From assembly GCA_964623775.1 (NCBI GenBank), contig CAZUVH010000003.1, positions 79,400 through 143,399 of the forward strand: 64,000 bases of DNA, in the 5' to 3' direction. The first letter of the stretch is position 1. Each line of letters opens with the position of its first letter. Source of the stretch: an uncultured Candidatus Saccharibacteria bacterium (GTDB lineage: Bacteria; Patescibacteriota; Minisyncoccia; Phycocordibacterales; UBA2100). Both the position numbers and the translations under genes were made by a program. The notes beneath the pieces are model-generated. The model searched no databases, was not told the origin of the DNA, and was given only the letters and a program-made list of their open reading frames with translations. This document shows positions 47,919-57,668 of the stretch, in pieces.

Positions 47919-49940
47919 TCACTCTTCTCTCTTGAGTGGGAGGTGAATAGTAATAGTGGTGCCCGTGTGGGCGGTACTCTTGGCGCTGACGGTTCCGCCA
48001 TGCGATTCGATGATGCGCTTGGTGATCGCGAGGCCGAGCCCGCTGCCGCGGACATCCTCGCGCGGCTTTTGTGCGCGGTAGAAACGCTCAAAGATGTGAT
48101 CGATATCGCTCTCAGGTATCCCAATGCCGGTATCACTGATCGAAAGCGTCGCGCGCGTGCCATCTTTCTCAAGTGAGAACGTAATCGCCTTCTCGCCCTG
48201 CGGGCGCATGTATTTTACGGCGTTACTCGCGATATTCATGATCGCTTCGCGGATCTGCTGAGCATCTCCGCTGATGACAACGTGTGGGGTGATCGAGCTG
48301 TGTACACGTATGTCGCGCGAGGTCGCTATGACGGAGATCTCTTCCGCAATTTCTTCGAAAACATGGCTCAGATCGAATGGAGTGTGCGAGGTAGGGGCCC
48401 CGTGCTCAAGCTTGGCAAGTTTGAGGAGATCGTACGTAAATGCGGAGAGACTCGCGAGCGATTTTTCAAACGTGCGGATTTCTACATCGTCTGGCATTGC
48501 CCGTTTGAGTCGCTCAATCTTTGTCTGGAAAATGGCGAGCGGCGTCTGCAGATTGTGCGAGATATCAACCATCATTTGCTTCTGATTTTCTTGGGCGAGG
48601 CGTAGCTCTTGTGTCCGCATCGTGACTTTGTCTTCCAAATCGGCGGCGTGCCTCCTCACCTCGTCGTAGAGTCGTGCTCGCTCGAATGCGATCGCAGCCT
48701 GGTTGGAAAATGTATCGATGAGGCGCCGGTCGACTGCCGTGTACGGATCACCGGAGCGCTTGTCTCCGAGTACCACTTCACCCGACTGGCGTATTGAAAT
48801 TGATTGAGGGTGGAAGACCTCTTCGAGGATTTCCCTGGTCCTGTATTCCATGGCACCGAATTCGACATTGCGATGAAGCGCTTCGCTGAGCGCATGGAGC
48901 GTCTTGCCGTAATCGTACTCATCTTTAAAAAAGATCTTACTCGTCACTTTTCTGAAATACCGCTCAATGAAGGGGACACCGAAAATGCCAAGCACGGTCG
49001 TCACCCCGGCGCTGAAGAAAATGGAGCGTGGGCTCGTGCCGAAAATAAATCCGACGACCATGACGAGGCTGATATAGACACTGATAATGAGCGCGAGGAG
49101 CGCCGTATATATCAACCCGCGCTGAATGATGACGCGTATATCCATCAATTCGTGCCGAATGATCGCGTAGGCAGCTGCCGCGAAAAATACAATCGAGCTC
49201 ATTGGACCTACCAGGTTGAATGTTGAATTGCCTGCGAGTGCGGGAAGTAAGACGTCACTCATAAGTGTGCATGCGATAAAAATCCCCAAGCCAAGCATCA
49301 GATACTTTAACTGTAAGCGCGTTTTCTTATCGGCGTGTATATAGCTGAGAATTAAGAGCGCTGAGCTCCAAATGATGTAGATTCCAAGACCGAGACCGTA
49401 CCATATCAAAAGCGGGCCAATCACGGGACTGATGTTTCCATCCGGTTCGATAACCATATTTTGAACCAGTAGACCGGAGGGAATGATGAAAAGTGCAGCC
49501 ACGACAAAAGGAATATATATGTACCACTGCATCATGCGCGTTTTTTCTTTACGTGCGGGGAAGGTTTGCGCAAACAAAAATAATCCGAGCACAAGAATGA
49601 GCCCTCCGTAATGGATGCATTTATCGAAGAGAAAATTCCCTGTGATGCTGAGGAGTGCGATCCCTGCAACAAAGAGTGTCGCCCCGCTTGTTAGGACAAA
49701 GAAGGATCGATTGATCGAATTGCGCGGACTTTTATAGAGGACATACCCCCCAACAGCAGCGATGCCGAGAGCCAGCAAAAGTAGGCCGTAATTATTGGCG
49801 GCAGTAGAGACGGTAAGCATGAATGCACTGATAATAACAAATGACCCGATCGAAATCTCGATCGGGTCACTTTCATGCGAGTGACAGGATTTTACGCGCT
49901 TTTTTCGCAAGCACGTTTTCAATTTGCTCAAGCTGTACAA
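47919..49940 (-). CDS. sensor histidine kinase with large polytopic N-terminal membrane domain
   Basis: H-box HNLQTPLAIF. HATPase N/G boxes (NAVKYM, GLGLAI). More than 6 TM helices at the N-terminus. The start may lie downstream of 49940. Confidence 0.85.
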   Translation of the reverse strand: MYSLSKLKTCLRKKRVKSCHSHESDPIEISIGSFVIISAFMLTVSTAANNYGLLLLALGIAAVGGYVLYKSPRNSINRSFFVLTSGATLFVAGIALLSITGNFLFDKCIHYGGLILVLGLFLFAQTFPARKEKTRMMQWYIYIPFVVAALFIIPSGLLVQNMVIEPDGNISPVIGPLLIWYGLGLGIYIIWSSALLILSYIHADKKTRLQLKYLMLGLGIFIACTLMSDVLLPALAGNSTFNLVGPMSSIVFFAAAAYAIIRHELMDIRVIIQRGLIYTALLALIISVYISLVMVVGFIFGTSPRSIFFSAGVTTVLGIFGVPFIERYFRKVTSKIFFKDEYDYGKTLHALSEALHRNVEFGAMEYRTREILEEVFHPQSISIRQSGEVVLGDKRSGDPYTAVDRRLIDTFSNQAAIAFERARLYDEVRRHAADLEDKVTMRTQELRLAQENQKQMMVDISHNLQTPLAIFQTKIERLKRAMPDDVEIRTFEKSLASLSAFTYDLLKLAKLEHGAPTSHTPFDLSHVFEEIAEEISVIATSRDIRVHSSITPHVVISGDAQQIREAIMNIASNAVKYMRPQGEKAITFSLEKDGTRATLSISDTGIGIPESDIDHIFERFYRAQKPREDVRGSGLGLAITKRIIESHGGTVSAKSTAHTGTTITIHLPLKREE

Positions 49941-50445
49941 GATACGGTCTCATGTCGCCGCGAGCATAATACTCCCTACAGGATTCATCGACCGCGATGA
50001 TATCGAGAGCGTAATCGATGTCCCAAAAAGCGATACCTAGGCGCATTACGTGACGATGGACATCGTTATTATGCTCCACCAATCCGTACAACTTCCCTTT
50101 AGAAAGTGCATACACGGTAGCGGCGTATATCGCCAGCGCCCCAGCTTGCGGTGAGATTGATGCCCATCGACCGTACTGCATCCCATTATCGGTCGTGAGT
50201 CCCAAAGGAAACGATTGTTTTTCCAATCGGTATATTCGCTCCAATGCGAGCTTTCCGTCGGCGCCAGGCCACTCGACACCTATGCACGCGACGACAGTGC
50301 AATCTTTCTCGACGACAGCGTATACGTCGGCAATTGGCGGCACTGTGTTGTATGTCGACATATACACTTTATCGACGAACGACCTCACGGCCGCCTTGTC
50401 AGGAGGGGATTCCGCGTAACGTGCAGTAAAACGTTTACTACTCAT
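49873..50445 (-). CDS. hypothetical protein co-transcribed with the ThiF-like enzyme (possible acyltransferase fold; unassigned)
   Basis: ORF. Overlaps the thiF-like stop by 8 nt with the 50445 start. Alternative start at 50517. Confidence 0.45.
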   Translation of the reverse strand: MSSKRFTARYAESPPDKAAVRSFVDKVYMSTYNTVPPIADVYAVVEKDCTVVACIGVEWPGADGKLALERIYRLEKQSFPLGLTTDNGMQYGRWASISPQAGALAIYAATVYALSKGKLYGLVEHNNDVHRHVMRLGIAFWDIDYALDIIAVDESCREYYARGDMRPYLVQLEQIENVLAKKARKILSLA

Positions 50446-51433
50446 GAGCGCACTCTTTTCTCTCCACCGCCTTCGCACAATGGAAGCCTGCATCAAAATA
50501 AAGATACCCGGGTGCACGAACGGGCCTCACTAGATTACGAACGATGGGGGACGCCCGCAAAAGATGAAAAAGCACATGATCGGCCAGAAAGCCGCTCGCC
50601 ATCGGTGGATTCGTACTCACGATCGTTGCACGGTTTTCCTCGAACAATCTCTTTTTTGCCACCTCGACATTGCTGTATGCAGCCGTGTCGGTCGTGTATT
50701 CGGGTAATTCAGGCACAAGACCTGTCAGCACCTTGCGCATGACCAGGTGCACCTCCTGGGGCGATGCCGTTCGCGACTGAATTCGTTCCTGAAGATTTCT
50801 TGCTTCCGGGTATGTGAGGTTTAAAAGTTGTTCCATCGTGTATCCGTCCGGCTCGAAGCAGAAGAGCCGCGTGCCAAATCCCACGGTGTTGCAATTAAGG
50901 ACGGTTATACCGAATGCGCGTGCTTTTTGATGTAGCAGAATCCGTGCACCGACCGCCCAGAATTCGATCTCATCGCAGACGATATCGCATCCTTGCAGAA
51001 AGGACGCGGCCGTGCGTTCGTTAATACCTTGTGGATATACAACGAGCGTCGTGTCATCGCTAACGGCGCGCACCATTTTTGCTGTCTCGAATGCTTTCGA
51101 TTTTCCAACAGTGTTGCGACCGGCGGCATATTGTCGATTGATATTCGACACGTCGAATTCTTCGCAGTCGGCGATACGCACTTCACCAACACCGAGGCGC
51201 ACGAATATAGAGGCGAGGAGTCCGCCCATGCCGCCGCAGCCAGCAATGCCGACGACAGCACCGCGCAACATCTCTTGTTCCTCTCGTGTGATCCACCCAA
51301 TATTGCGATCAGTGCGCTCCGCGTAGTAATCTCGGTCAGCCCTCCGTGGCAGCAGACGATAGACCGTATCGCGGTCGACTTTCCTGGGAAGAATTTTGCA
51401 TTCAACGACTGGAAGCCCATGACCTTGCATCAT
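50438..51433 (-). CDS. ThiF/MoeB/HesA-family E1-like adenylyltransferase
   Basis: Rossmann GIAGCGGMGG about 60 aa from the N-terminus. E1-like nucleotide-binding core. AGGAG RBS. Confidence 0.8.
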   Translation of the reverse strand: MMQGHGLPVVECKILPRKVDRDTVYRLLPRRADRDYYAERTDRNIGWITREEQEMLRGAVVGIAGCGGMGGLLASIFVRLGVGEVRIADCEEFDVSNINRQYAAGRNTVGKSKAFETAKMVRAVSDDTTLVVYPQGINERTAASFLQGCDIVCDEIEFWAVGARILLHQKARAFGITVLNCNTVGFGTRLFCFEPDGYTMEQLLNLTYPEARNLQERIQSRTASPQEVHLVMRKVLTGLVPELPEYTTDTAAYSNVEVAKKRLFEENRATIVSTNPPMASGFLADHVLFHLLRASPIVRNLVRPVRAPGYLYFDAGFHCAKAVERKECAHE

Positions 51434-51554
51434 TTGATTTCTCCTGTATAGGTTATGTAAAGAACGACTACTCTCACAATCGTAAATGCACGTCGATTGT
51501 CGATAGGTGAAATAAAAATAAATATCTGCTGAAAATCGGATAAATTATTTATGA

Positions 51555-51590
51555 GATAAAAATAAAGCGCCCCGCAAAACGGGGCGCTTT
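51555..51590 (-). terminator. terminator after the methyltransferase gene, followed by about 130 bp of AT-rich promoter region
   Basis: GCGCCCCG-CAAAA-CGGGGCGC with TTTATTTTTATC on the minus strand. Confidence 0.7.
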
Positions 51591-51592
51591 GA

Positions 51593-52300
51593 TCACATTT
51601 TTTTGGCAACTACTGTCAGTGCATACGGCTCGTGCACAAATTTCTCCATAAAGGCACGCAGTGCGGGATTATTGGTTGCTTTGATTATGGCATCGATCTC
51701 TTCTCTCGTGCACTTTGATGCTGATAGGCTCGCCACGCAAAATCCGCTTTTTGTCATGAGTTCGCAAACAGTCTCCTGCTGCTCGGGGTAAAGAATGAAT
51801 TCTTCTCCCAAGAGCGAGAGAGAAAGCCGCTCAGGAGTCTCCGGCTTCGCATACCAACACGTAAATACGACGGTGCCGCCGATGCGAAGGATGCGATATT
51901 TCTCGGCGAGTACCTGCAGCTTCTCCTTTCGAGGCACATAATCGATCGAAAAATACGAGACGACTGCATCGAAGGATTGCCCCAGGAAGGGGAGATGGAG
52001 CATTGATGCGTTGCGTACATCGAGTCCGCGGCTACAGGCACGTGCGACATACGCGCGCGAGATATCCACACCCACCGTATCCGCACCCCGAGAATTCATT
52101 ATGGTCATGAGCCTTCCTGAGCCGCATCCGACATCAAGTATGCGCTTTCCCTGTATCGACCCCATCGAGTCCTCGAGTGACTCGACCATATGTGGGTACG
52201 CGATCCGCGTGTTGAACAAATCTGTCTCCGTATCGTACCGTTCGCCCGCGCGATTGTACGAACGCCGCACTCTTTTGAGAATCGTTCCAATGGTCTCCAC
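51593..52300 (-). CDS. class I SAM-dependent methyltransferase
   Basis: Motif I ILDVGCGSGRL. A GTG start at 52300 preceded by GGAGGAGG is preferred over the TTG at 52324. Confidence 0.8.
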   Translation of the reverse strand: METIGTILKRVRRSYNRAGERYDTETDLFNTRIAYPHMVESLEDSMGSIQGKRILDVGCGSGRLMTIMNSRGADTVGVDISRAYVARACSRGLDVRNASMLHLPFLGQSFDAVVSYFSIDYVPRKEKLQVLAEKYRILRIGGTVVFTCWYAKPETPERLSLSLLGEEFILYPEQQETVCELMTKSGFCVASLSASKCTREEIDAIIKATNNPALRAFMEKFVHEPYALTVVAKKM

Positions 52301-52404
52301 GAGACACCTCCTCCGTTTTTGCAATGATCAACTACTTATAAAAGAATCGCACGAAAAAGATCAAATATTGCTCAATTAAAAATAATATCGGGATAGACAA
52401 ACGT

Positions 52405-53073
52405 TCAAACCCCGATCTTGTAGCCTCTTCCGGGTACAGTCTGTATCAGCCTGTTTTTGCCGATATCCCCGATTTTTTTGCGTAAGCTCAAAATATGAGA
52501 CTCGATGGTGTTGGAGAAAATATCGACACTCATATCCCACACATGCTCAAGTATCATTCCTCGCGAAAGTACGGTGCCTTCGTTTTTCATGAGGTAACGA
52601 AGCAGCATAAATTCTTTTCGTGTCAGGTTTAGTTCCTGATTTTTCCGAGTGACAATGCATCGCTTCGTATCGAGCGTCAGGTCACCGGATTGCAATACCT
52701 CTTCCTCGATCCCCTGGGGTCTGCGCAAAAGTGCCCGCACTCGGGCAAATAATTCGACGAGTGCAAACGGTTTCGTCAGGTAGTCATCGGCCCCGGCATT
52801 GAGCAGATCGGCTTTCTGCACCGTGTCCGCTTTTACGGAGAGTATGAGAATGGGAGTTGTTTTACCACTCGATCGGATCTCGCGGCATACCTCAAGACCA
52901 CCCTTTTTGGGGAGGACATTGTCCAGAATAATGAGGTCATAGTCGTTGATCTGGGCTTGGTAGAGCCCTTTTTCACCATCTTCGACGACATCCACGGCAA
53001 AATACTCCGCCTCGAGGGAATCCCTCAGGAAGTCGGAAATGTGCTTTTCATCCTCTACGATCAGTATACGCAT
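52405..53073 (-). CDS. OmpR-family two-component response regulator
   Basis: Receiver domain (LIVEDE...DLIILD) plus a C-terminal winged-helix DNA-binding domain. Confidence 0.9.
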   Translation of the reverse strand: MRILIVEDEKHISDFLRDSLEAEYFAVDVVEDGEKGLYQAQINDYDLIILDNVLPKKGGLEVCREIRSSGKTTPILILSVKADTVQKADLLNAGADDYLTKPFALVELFARVRALLRRPQGIEEEVLQSGDLTLDTKRCIVTRKNQELNLTRKEFMLLRYLMKNEGTVLSRGMILEHVWDMSVDIFSNTIESHILSLRKKIGDIGKNRLIQTVPGRGYKIGV

Positions 53074-53144
53074 ACCCCTTTATATATCCTTTATCTTCAC
53101 TTTATCAAAATTTGAATGCAAATAAGGTATTTTCCTAGAACGAC

Positions 53145-53522
53145 ATGAACAATACCAAAAAGGTCCTGATCGTCGAGCACGACATTGCGTTTCGGAATAT
53201 TCTGAAAGGTAATTTGAGTCAATTGGGATTTATGGTGCACGATGAAGAAAATTGCGACACAGGTCTCACCACTGCATTGCGCGAACATCCGGATCTTATC
53301 ACGCTCGATGTGGATATGCCTGGAAAAAGCGGGATCACATTGCTCAAAAATCTGCGGAGCGACGAGTGGGGAAAAGGGGTCCACGTAATTCTTCTCGCAG
53401 GAGCGGACGAGATCAAATTTCTCGCCGAGTCACTTGGGAATGCGACATATGAGTATGTCACGAAAAACGAGCAGGCAATTCAAGCAATCGTAGATACCGT
53501 AAAAAGGAAACTCCTCAACTAA
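53145..53522 (+). CDS. stand-alone response-regulator receiver domain (paralog of the 25987 gene)
   Basis: LIVEHD, DLITLDVDMPGKSG. Shares an SDEWGKG / EDAWGKN segment with the 25987 protein. Confidence 0.8.
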   Translation: MNNTKKVLIVEHDIAFRNILKGNLSQLGFMVHDEENCDTGLTTALREHPDLITLDVDMPGKSGITLLKNLRSDEWGKGVHVILLAGADEIKFLAESLGNATYEYVTKNEQAIQAIVDTVKRKLLN

Positions 53523-53589
53523 AAATTGCTGAGACTAATTTAAAAAAGCCGCCTCTCAAGGGCGGCTTTTGAAGTTTGAAAATGCAACG

Positions 53590-53808
53590 CTATTCGGCGT
53601 AAATGCGGGATTCACCCTCGTCGCCGTAACTGAAATCGAAATAAATCATGTCGATACCACCGACCATCTCGACACCTGTGCCGACCAGGATGGCGTACTT
53701 TGCACAAACTGAAGAGTTGAGCAGGGTCTTGCGGGCGAGCTTGAGACTCTCTGGTGGGAGGTCGACCCTTGACTCGATCACGAGGTCAAACTCATCTGCG
53801 TCACTCAT
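53590..53808 (-). CDS. small hypothetical protein (72 aa)
   Basis: GGAGGAA RBS before the ATG at 53808. Confidence 0.35.
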   Translation of the reverse strand: MSDADEFDLVIESRVDLPPESLKLARKTLLNSSVCAKYAILVGTGVEMVGGIDMIYFDFSYGDEGESRIYAE

Positions 53809-53944
53809 TGGATTCCTCCGTACATTGCTATTGTTTTGTACCAGTAAACATAATACAACTTTAAAAACTAAAGTCAAGTTGTCAGTATATTCTTTTTACT
53901 GTTTAGTAGCGAACAGATAAGTCCTTTGAAAAGAAAGGTACGAC

Positions 53945-55156
53945 ATGCTCGACCTCAAAAAATCGTATGCCCGCTCGCTGCAGCCGGGCGTGCTGCATTT
54001 TGCGGCGCACAGCCATCATCTGCGCCCCGATATTACCCGGGACGCGACGATGCAATGCTGGGACGACGCAGCGCGAATGCTCGACAGGAAGTGGGGGTAC
54101 ATTTTTGGTACGGTAATCCCCGAGGCGCAGAAGAATGTAGCAGAGCTTCTTGGTGTCGGTAGGCCGGAAAACATCGCGTTTGCCGGCAATACGCACGAAT
54201 TCGTGGCGCGCATCTTGAGCGCGTTTAATCCGACGAGAGAGAAGCCGCTGCGTGTCCTTACGACCGACAGCGAATTCAACAGCTTCACCCGCCAAATGGC
54301 GCGGACAGCTGAAAATCCTCATGTGCATGTGACAAAGGTTCCTGTGAGTCCGCGCCACACGTTTGCACAACGCCTCATGACGCTCACGAATACCGTGAAT
54401 TTCGATCTCATCTTCTTCAGTCAGGTGTTTTACAACTCCGGCTTTCGAATACCGGATGATGAGATGGAGATTATCGTCGACGGGATCTCACAGTCGATAT
54501 TGTCTTCCAATGCGGTGATCGTGATCGACGGCTACCATGGCTTTTGCGCGGTGCCGACATCGCTGAAGGCGATCGAGGATCGTGTCTTCTATCTCGCGGG
54601 CGGATACAAATACGCTCAGTGGGGTGAAGGTGCATGCTTTCTGTATGTGCCTCCGGCCTGTACGCTCAGGCCGGAAAATACCGGATGGTTTGCGAGTTTC
54701 GGCACTCTCGAGAAGGGGTCGCAGTCGTCGAATCTCGTATCCTACAGCGACGATGCGTTCCGATTCTGGGGCGCGACATTCGATCCGGCAGGCTTGTACC
54801 GTCTGAATGCGGTCTGCGACTGGATGCGCGAGAAAAAGATTACCGCGCAAGAGCGTTGGTATCACGTGCTCACCCTGCAATCGCACTTTCTCCAGTCTGG
54901 AGTGAAATCTAGATATTTTGAGCTATCAAAACTCGTCACGCCACTACCGCGGGCGCAGCGCGGGAATTTTCTGAGCTTCGACCAAGGGGATGAGGGGAGC
55001 GCTTCTACACTCGTCGAGAAGCTCGCAGTGCGCGGAGTGATCGTGGATTCTCGCGGGCCTCTGATTCGCATTGGCTTCGGCATCTATCACGACCTCAGTG
55101 ATGTTGATCAGCTCATCAAAACCATCGAATCGTTGGAGGCAGAGTATGTACGCTAA
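53945..55156 (+). CDS. kynU: kynureninase (PLP-dependent, aminotransferase class V fold)
   Basis: GGYKYAQWGEGA matches the kynureninase PLP-lysine block (C)TYKYLNGGPG. WFASFG resembles WFGH. C-terminal RGVIVDSRGPLIRIGF resembles RGVIGDYREPRIMRFGF. Confidence 0.75.
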   Translation: MLDLKKSYARSLQPGVLHFAAHSHHLRPDITRDATMQCWDDAARMLDRKWGYIFGTVIPEAQKNVAELLGVGRPENIAFAGNTHEFVARILSAFNPTREKPLRVLTTDSEFNSFTRQMARTAENPHVHVTKVPVSPRHTFAQRLMTLTNTVNFDLIFFSQVFYNSGFRIPDDEMEIIVDGISQSILSSNAVIVIDGYHGFCAVPTSLKAIEDRVFYLAGGYKYAQWGEGACFLYVPPACTLRPENTGWFASFGTLEKGSQSSNLVSYSDDAFRFWGATFDPAGLYRLNAVCDWMREKKITAQERWYHVLTLQSHFLQSGVKSRYFELSKLVTPLPRAQRGNFLSFDQGDEGSASTLVEKLAVRGVIVDSRGPLIRIGFGIYHDLSDVDQLIKTIESLEAEYVR

Positions 55157-56234
55157 TGCGGTGACACCGCTCGGGTTTCTCTCGATCAATCCGCGGCTAA
55201 AAGTGGAGGGAGTCGGGCGAGTTTCCAGACTCGCGCGACAATTGCCGAGTCTTATCGCTGCGGGAAGCGATGTATTGCGCAAGGAGCTTATTGCGCTGCC
55301 GTTTCTTGCGAACGTACCTGCAGTAGATGCGGGGCGGCTGCGTGCGCTCATGCGAGATTATCATTATCTCCAGAGCGCATACGTGCACGCCGAGCCAGGA
55401 GTCACGAAGATTCCAGCCACACTTGCTGTGCCATCGTTCTTGGTCGCGCAAGTGCTCGGGCAAAAACCGATACTCTCGTATGCTTCGGTTGTCTTGGAAA
55501 ACTGGGAGTTTGAGTGCGAAGGCATCACAAACCTCGGTATCCGACCGATCGTCACTTTTACGGGGACTGAAGACGAAAAAGGCTTCATCCTCGCGCATGT
55601 GCGCATCGAAGAGAAGGCGGGCGACGCGCTCCATACGCTTCCGTTGTTGTTCGACGATGTGCGACAGCGACGTGAAGACGAGGTGCGTGAAAGGCTCATG
55701 CACATGGCGCAGACGATAGCTGCTGCTCGCGTGCTCTTTAGGGCTATTACCAAGCTCTGCGATCCGCGCGTGTACTTCGATCGTATACGGCCGTGGATGT
55801 ACGGATTCAAGGGTGTCGTCTACGAAGGCGTGCCCGAGTATCAGAATCTTCCGCAATCGTTTATCGGAGCGAGTGGAGCGCAGAGCTCCGTCTTGCCGGC
55901 ACTCGACGCGGCACTCGGTATTTGCCACGACAGTAGTTATTGCTCGGCCTATGTCGAGAAATTGCGACTGTACATGCCGCCTGGTCACAGACGTTTTATC
56001 GAAGGGTCGGAGAATGCACCTTCCTTGCGGAAATTTGTGCTCGAATCAGGTAGTGCTGATTTGAGACATGCGTACAATGCCGCAGTCGAAAGTCTGCGCG
56101 CATTTCGTGTCGCTCACACTGGGTTTGCGACTCGCTATATCGGAATGTATGGCAAGGTACGTGGCACGGGAGATACGCATTACCAGGAACTTTTCGAGCA
56201 GTACGAAAAGGACACTGAAGCAGCATTGCTCTAG
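55146..56234 (+). CDS. indoleamine 2,3-dioxygenase (IDO) homolog
   Basis: Blocks align to eukaryotic IDO: VYEGV....GASGAQSS (GGSAGQSS), LRLYMPPGHRRFI (MRRYMPPAHRNFL), SLRKFVLESGSADLRHAYNAAVESL ([25 protein letters not shown]). GGAGG RBS. Confidence 0.8.
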   Translation: MYANAVTPLGFLSINPRLKVEGVGRVSRLARQLPSLIAAGSDVLRKELIALPFLANVPAVDAGRLRALMRDYHYLQSAYVHAEPGVTKIPATLAVPSFLVAQVLGQKPILSYASVVLENWEFECEGITNLGIRPIVTFTGTEDEKGFILAHVRIEEKAGDALHTLPLLFDDVRQRREDEVRERLMHMAQTIAAARVLFRAITKLCDPRVYFDRIRPWMYGFKGVVYEGVPEYQNLPQSFIGASGAQSSVLPALDAALGICHDSSYCSAYVEKLRLYMPPGHRRFIEGSENAPSLRKFVLESGSADLRHAYNAAVESLRAFRVAHTGFATRYIGMYGKVRGTGDTHYQELFEQYEKDTEAALL

Positions 56235-56239
56235 ATCAA

Positions 56240-56278
56240 AAAATAAACCACCCTGGTGTCAGGGTGGTTTTCTTTTTT
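56240..56278. terminator. bidirectional terminator
   Basis: AAACCACCCT-GGTGTC-AGGGTGGTTT followed by TCTTTTTT. Confidence 0.7.
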
Positions 56279-56292
56279 ACCTTCTCGATTGC

Positions 56293-56790
56293 TCAAGACT
56301 TGTCGTTATTTTCGGGAGTGATGTGCTCCGATGAGTCGAGATTGGGGCCCACATGAAAGGCGCGACCAAATCCTTCGACATACCTTCCATGCATCGGCGT
56401 AAGGCGGAAAAGTGTGAAGTCCGCAAGCGATCTGATCTCGGGGAATCTACTACCAAATTTCTTCTCAAAGAGTCCCATTACCTTGATCCACACCGCGCAC
56501 TCTCGCGGTACATCTGTGACATCACAACGACATGTGTAGCGCCTGCGCGCAAAAACGTTGGGCGAATTACTTTCGTCGTCGATAAACATAATGCTCGCTT
56601 TTTGGGTCGCGAGTAGATCGCGTGTGTGAGCCGAGAGGGAGCTCGTGTAGATATAATACGAACCCTCATGCTTCACGAATGGAGCGTAGCTTGATGTCGG
56701 CCATTCGTCTTCGCCAACAGTCGCGAGCTCAAGAGTCTTTCTTGTCGCGACGAATGCCGCTGCGCGTTGCTCTGGTGTCTTCTTCATCAC
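56293..56790 (-). CDS. pyridoxamine 5'-phosphate oxidase-like FMN-binding split-barrel protein
   Basis: PNPOx-like N-terminal pattern and size. Family-level call only. Confidence 0.6.
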   Translation of the reverse strand: MMKKTPEQRAAAFVATRKTLELATVGEDEWPTSSYAPFVKHEGSYYIYTSSLSAHTRDLLATQKASIMFIDDESNSPNVFARRRYTCRCDVTDVPRECAVWIKVMGLFEKKFGSRFPEIRSLADFTLFRLTPMHGRYVEGFGRAFHVGPNLDSSEHITPENNDKS

Positions 56791-56880
56791 ATACTCCTGT
56801 TTTTGCTGATGAAACTATAGCGCAATTCGTTGTCCGCACAATACAAAAAGCAGCTCCGAAAATTCGGAGCTGCTGTGAGG

Positions 56881-57078
56881 TCAATGTGCCTCGATGGTTT
56901 TGTCCAAGTGCTCGACGGTCTTGTCGCCACAAAGGGTCGCCTCGAAGGTCTTGATCTGGTCGAACCAGAGCGTAATCGACACCTGTCGGCATCCGTTGGG
57001 TGTCTCCTTCACCTTTGTCTGCGCGGTGAAGGGAGTGACAATTATAACTAGAGCTAGAATTGCGACGATGGCCGTCAT
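56881..57078 (-). CDS. small secreted hypothetical protein
   Basis: Internal ATG with a signal-peptide-like N-terminus (MTAIVAILALVIIVTPFTAQ). Confidence 0.35.
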   Translation of the reverse strand: MTAIVAILALVIIVTPFTAQTKVKETPNGCRQVSITLWFDQIKTFEATLCGDKTVEHLDKTIEAH

Positions 57079-57202
57079 CGATCTCTCCTTGAGTCTGCCT
57101 TTGAAGCTTGTATCACGCAGTGCATGTATTGTCGAGAAAGGAGTTTTCCACAAAACGATAATTATTTATTGACAAACGATAAATCGTTGCTAAGATGGAA
57201 AA

Positions 57203-57664
57203 ATGAAACAAGGATCAACAGTGTTCTTGAAGGCGGTAATTTATTTAATAGGCCTCGTCGTTGCGGGCATCTGCGTAATCATTGGAGGGGTAAGTATTTC
57301 GGGAAATGCTGGGGTATACCTTCCTGTTTTGATGGTTCTTCTTTTGACCGCGATTCCTTTTTCCTTCGGACTCTACCAGGGGCTGCTTCTCCTCACGTAT
57401 ATAGAAAAAGGGAAGTCATTCTCGGATTCCTCTGTAAGGGCGATACAGAATATTAAATACTCCGCCTTCGCAGTGAGCGCGCTCTACGCTGCTGCAATGC
57501 CATTCATTATTTACGCTGCGGAAAAAGATGACGCGCCGGGCGCTGTGGCGATCGGATTGGTCATCTGCTTCGCATTTCTCGTGACGGGAGTATTTGCGGC
57601 AGTTCTTCAGAAACTCCTCGAAAATGGTATGGAGATAAAATCGGAAAACGAGCTCACGATCTAA
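57203..57664 (+). CDS. DUF2975-family membrane protein
   Basis: 4 TM. Immediately precedes a YozG-type XRE regulator, the classic pairing. Confidence 0.6.
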   Translation: MKQGSTVFLKAVIYLIGLVVAGICVIIGGVSISGNAGVYLPVLMVLLLTAIPFSFGLYQGLLLLTYIEKGKSFSDSSVRAIQNIKYSAFAVSALYAAAMPFIIYAAEKDDAPGAVAIGLVICFAFLVTGVFAAVLQKLLENGMEIKSENELTI

Positions 57665-57668
57665 ATGT

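Noticed and set aside
51434-51565. MccA-like precursor peptide ORF upstream of the ThiF-like gene
   Set aside because: Hand translation of all three frames gives no short ORF ending in Asn. The only open frame ends ...GEIK. The microcin-C analogy is therefore kept only as a hypothesis.
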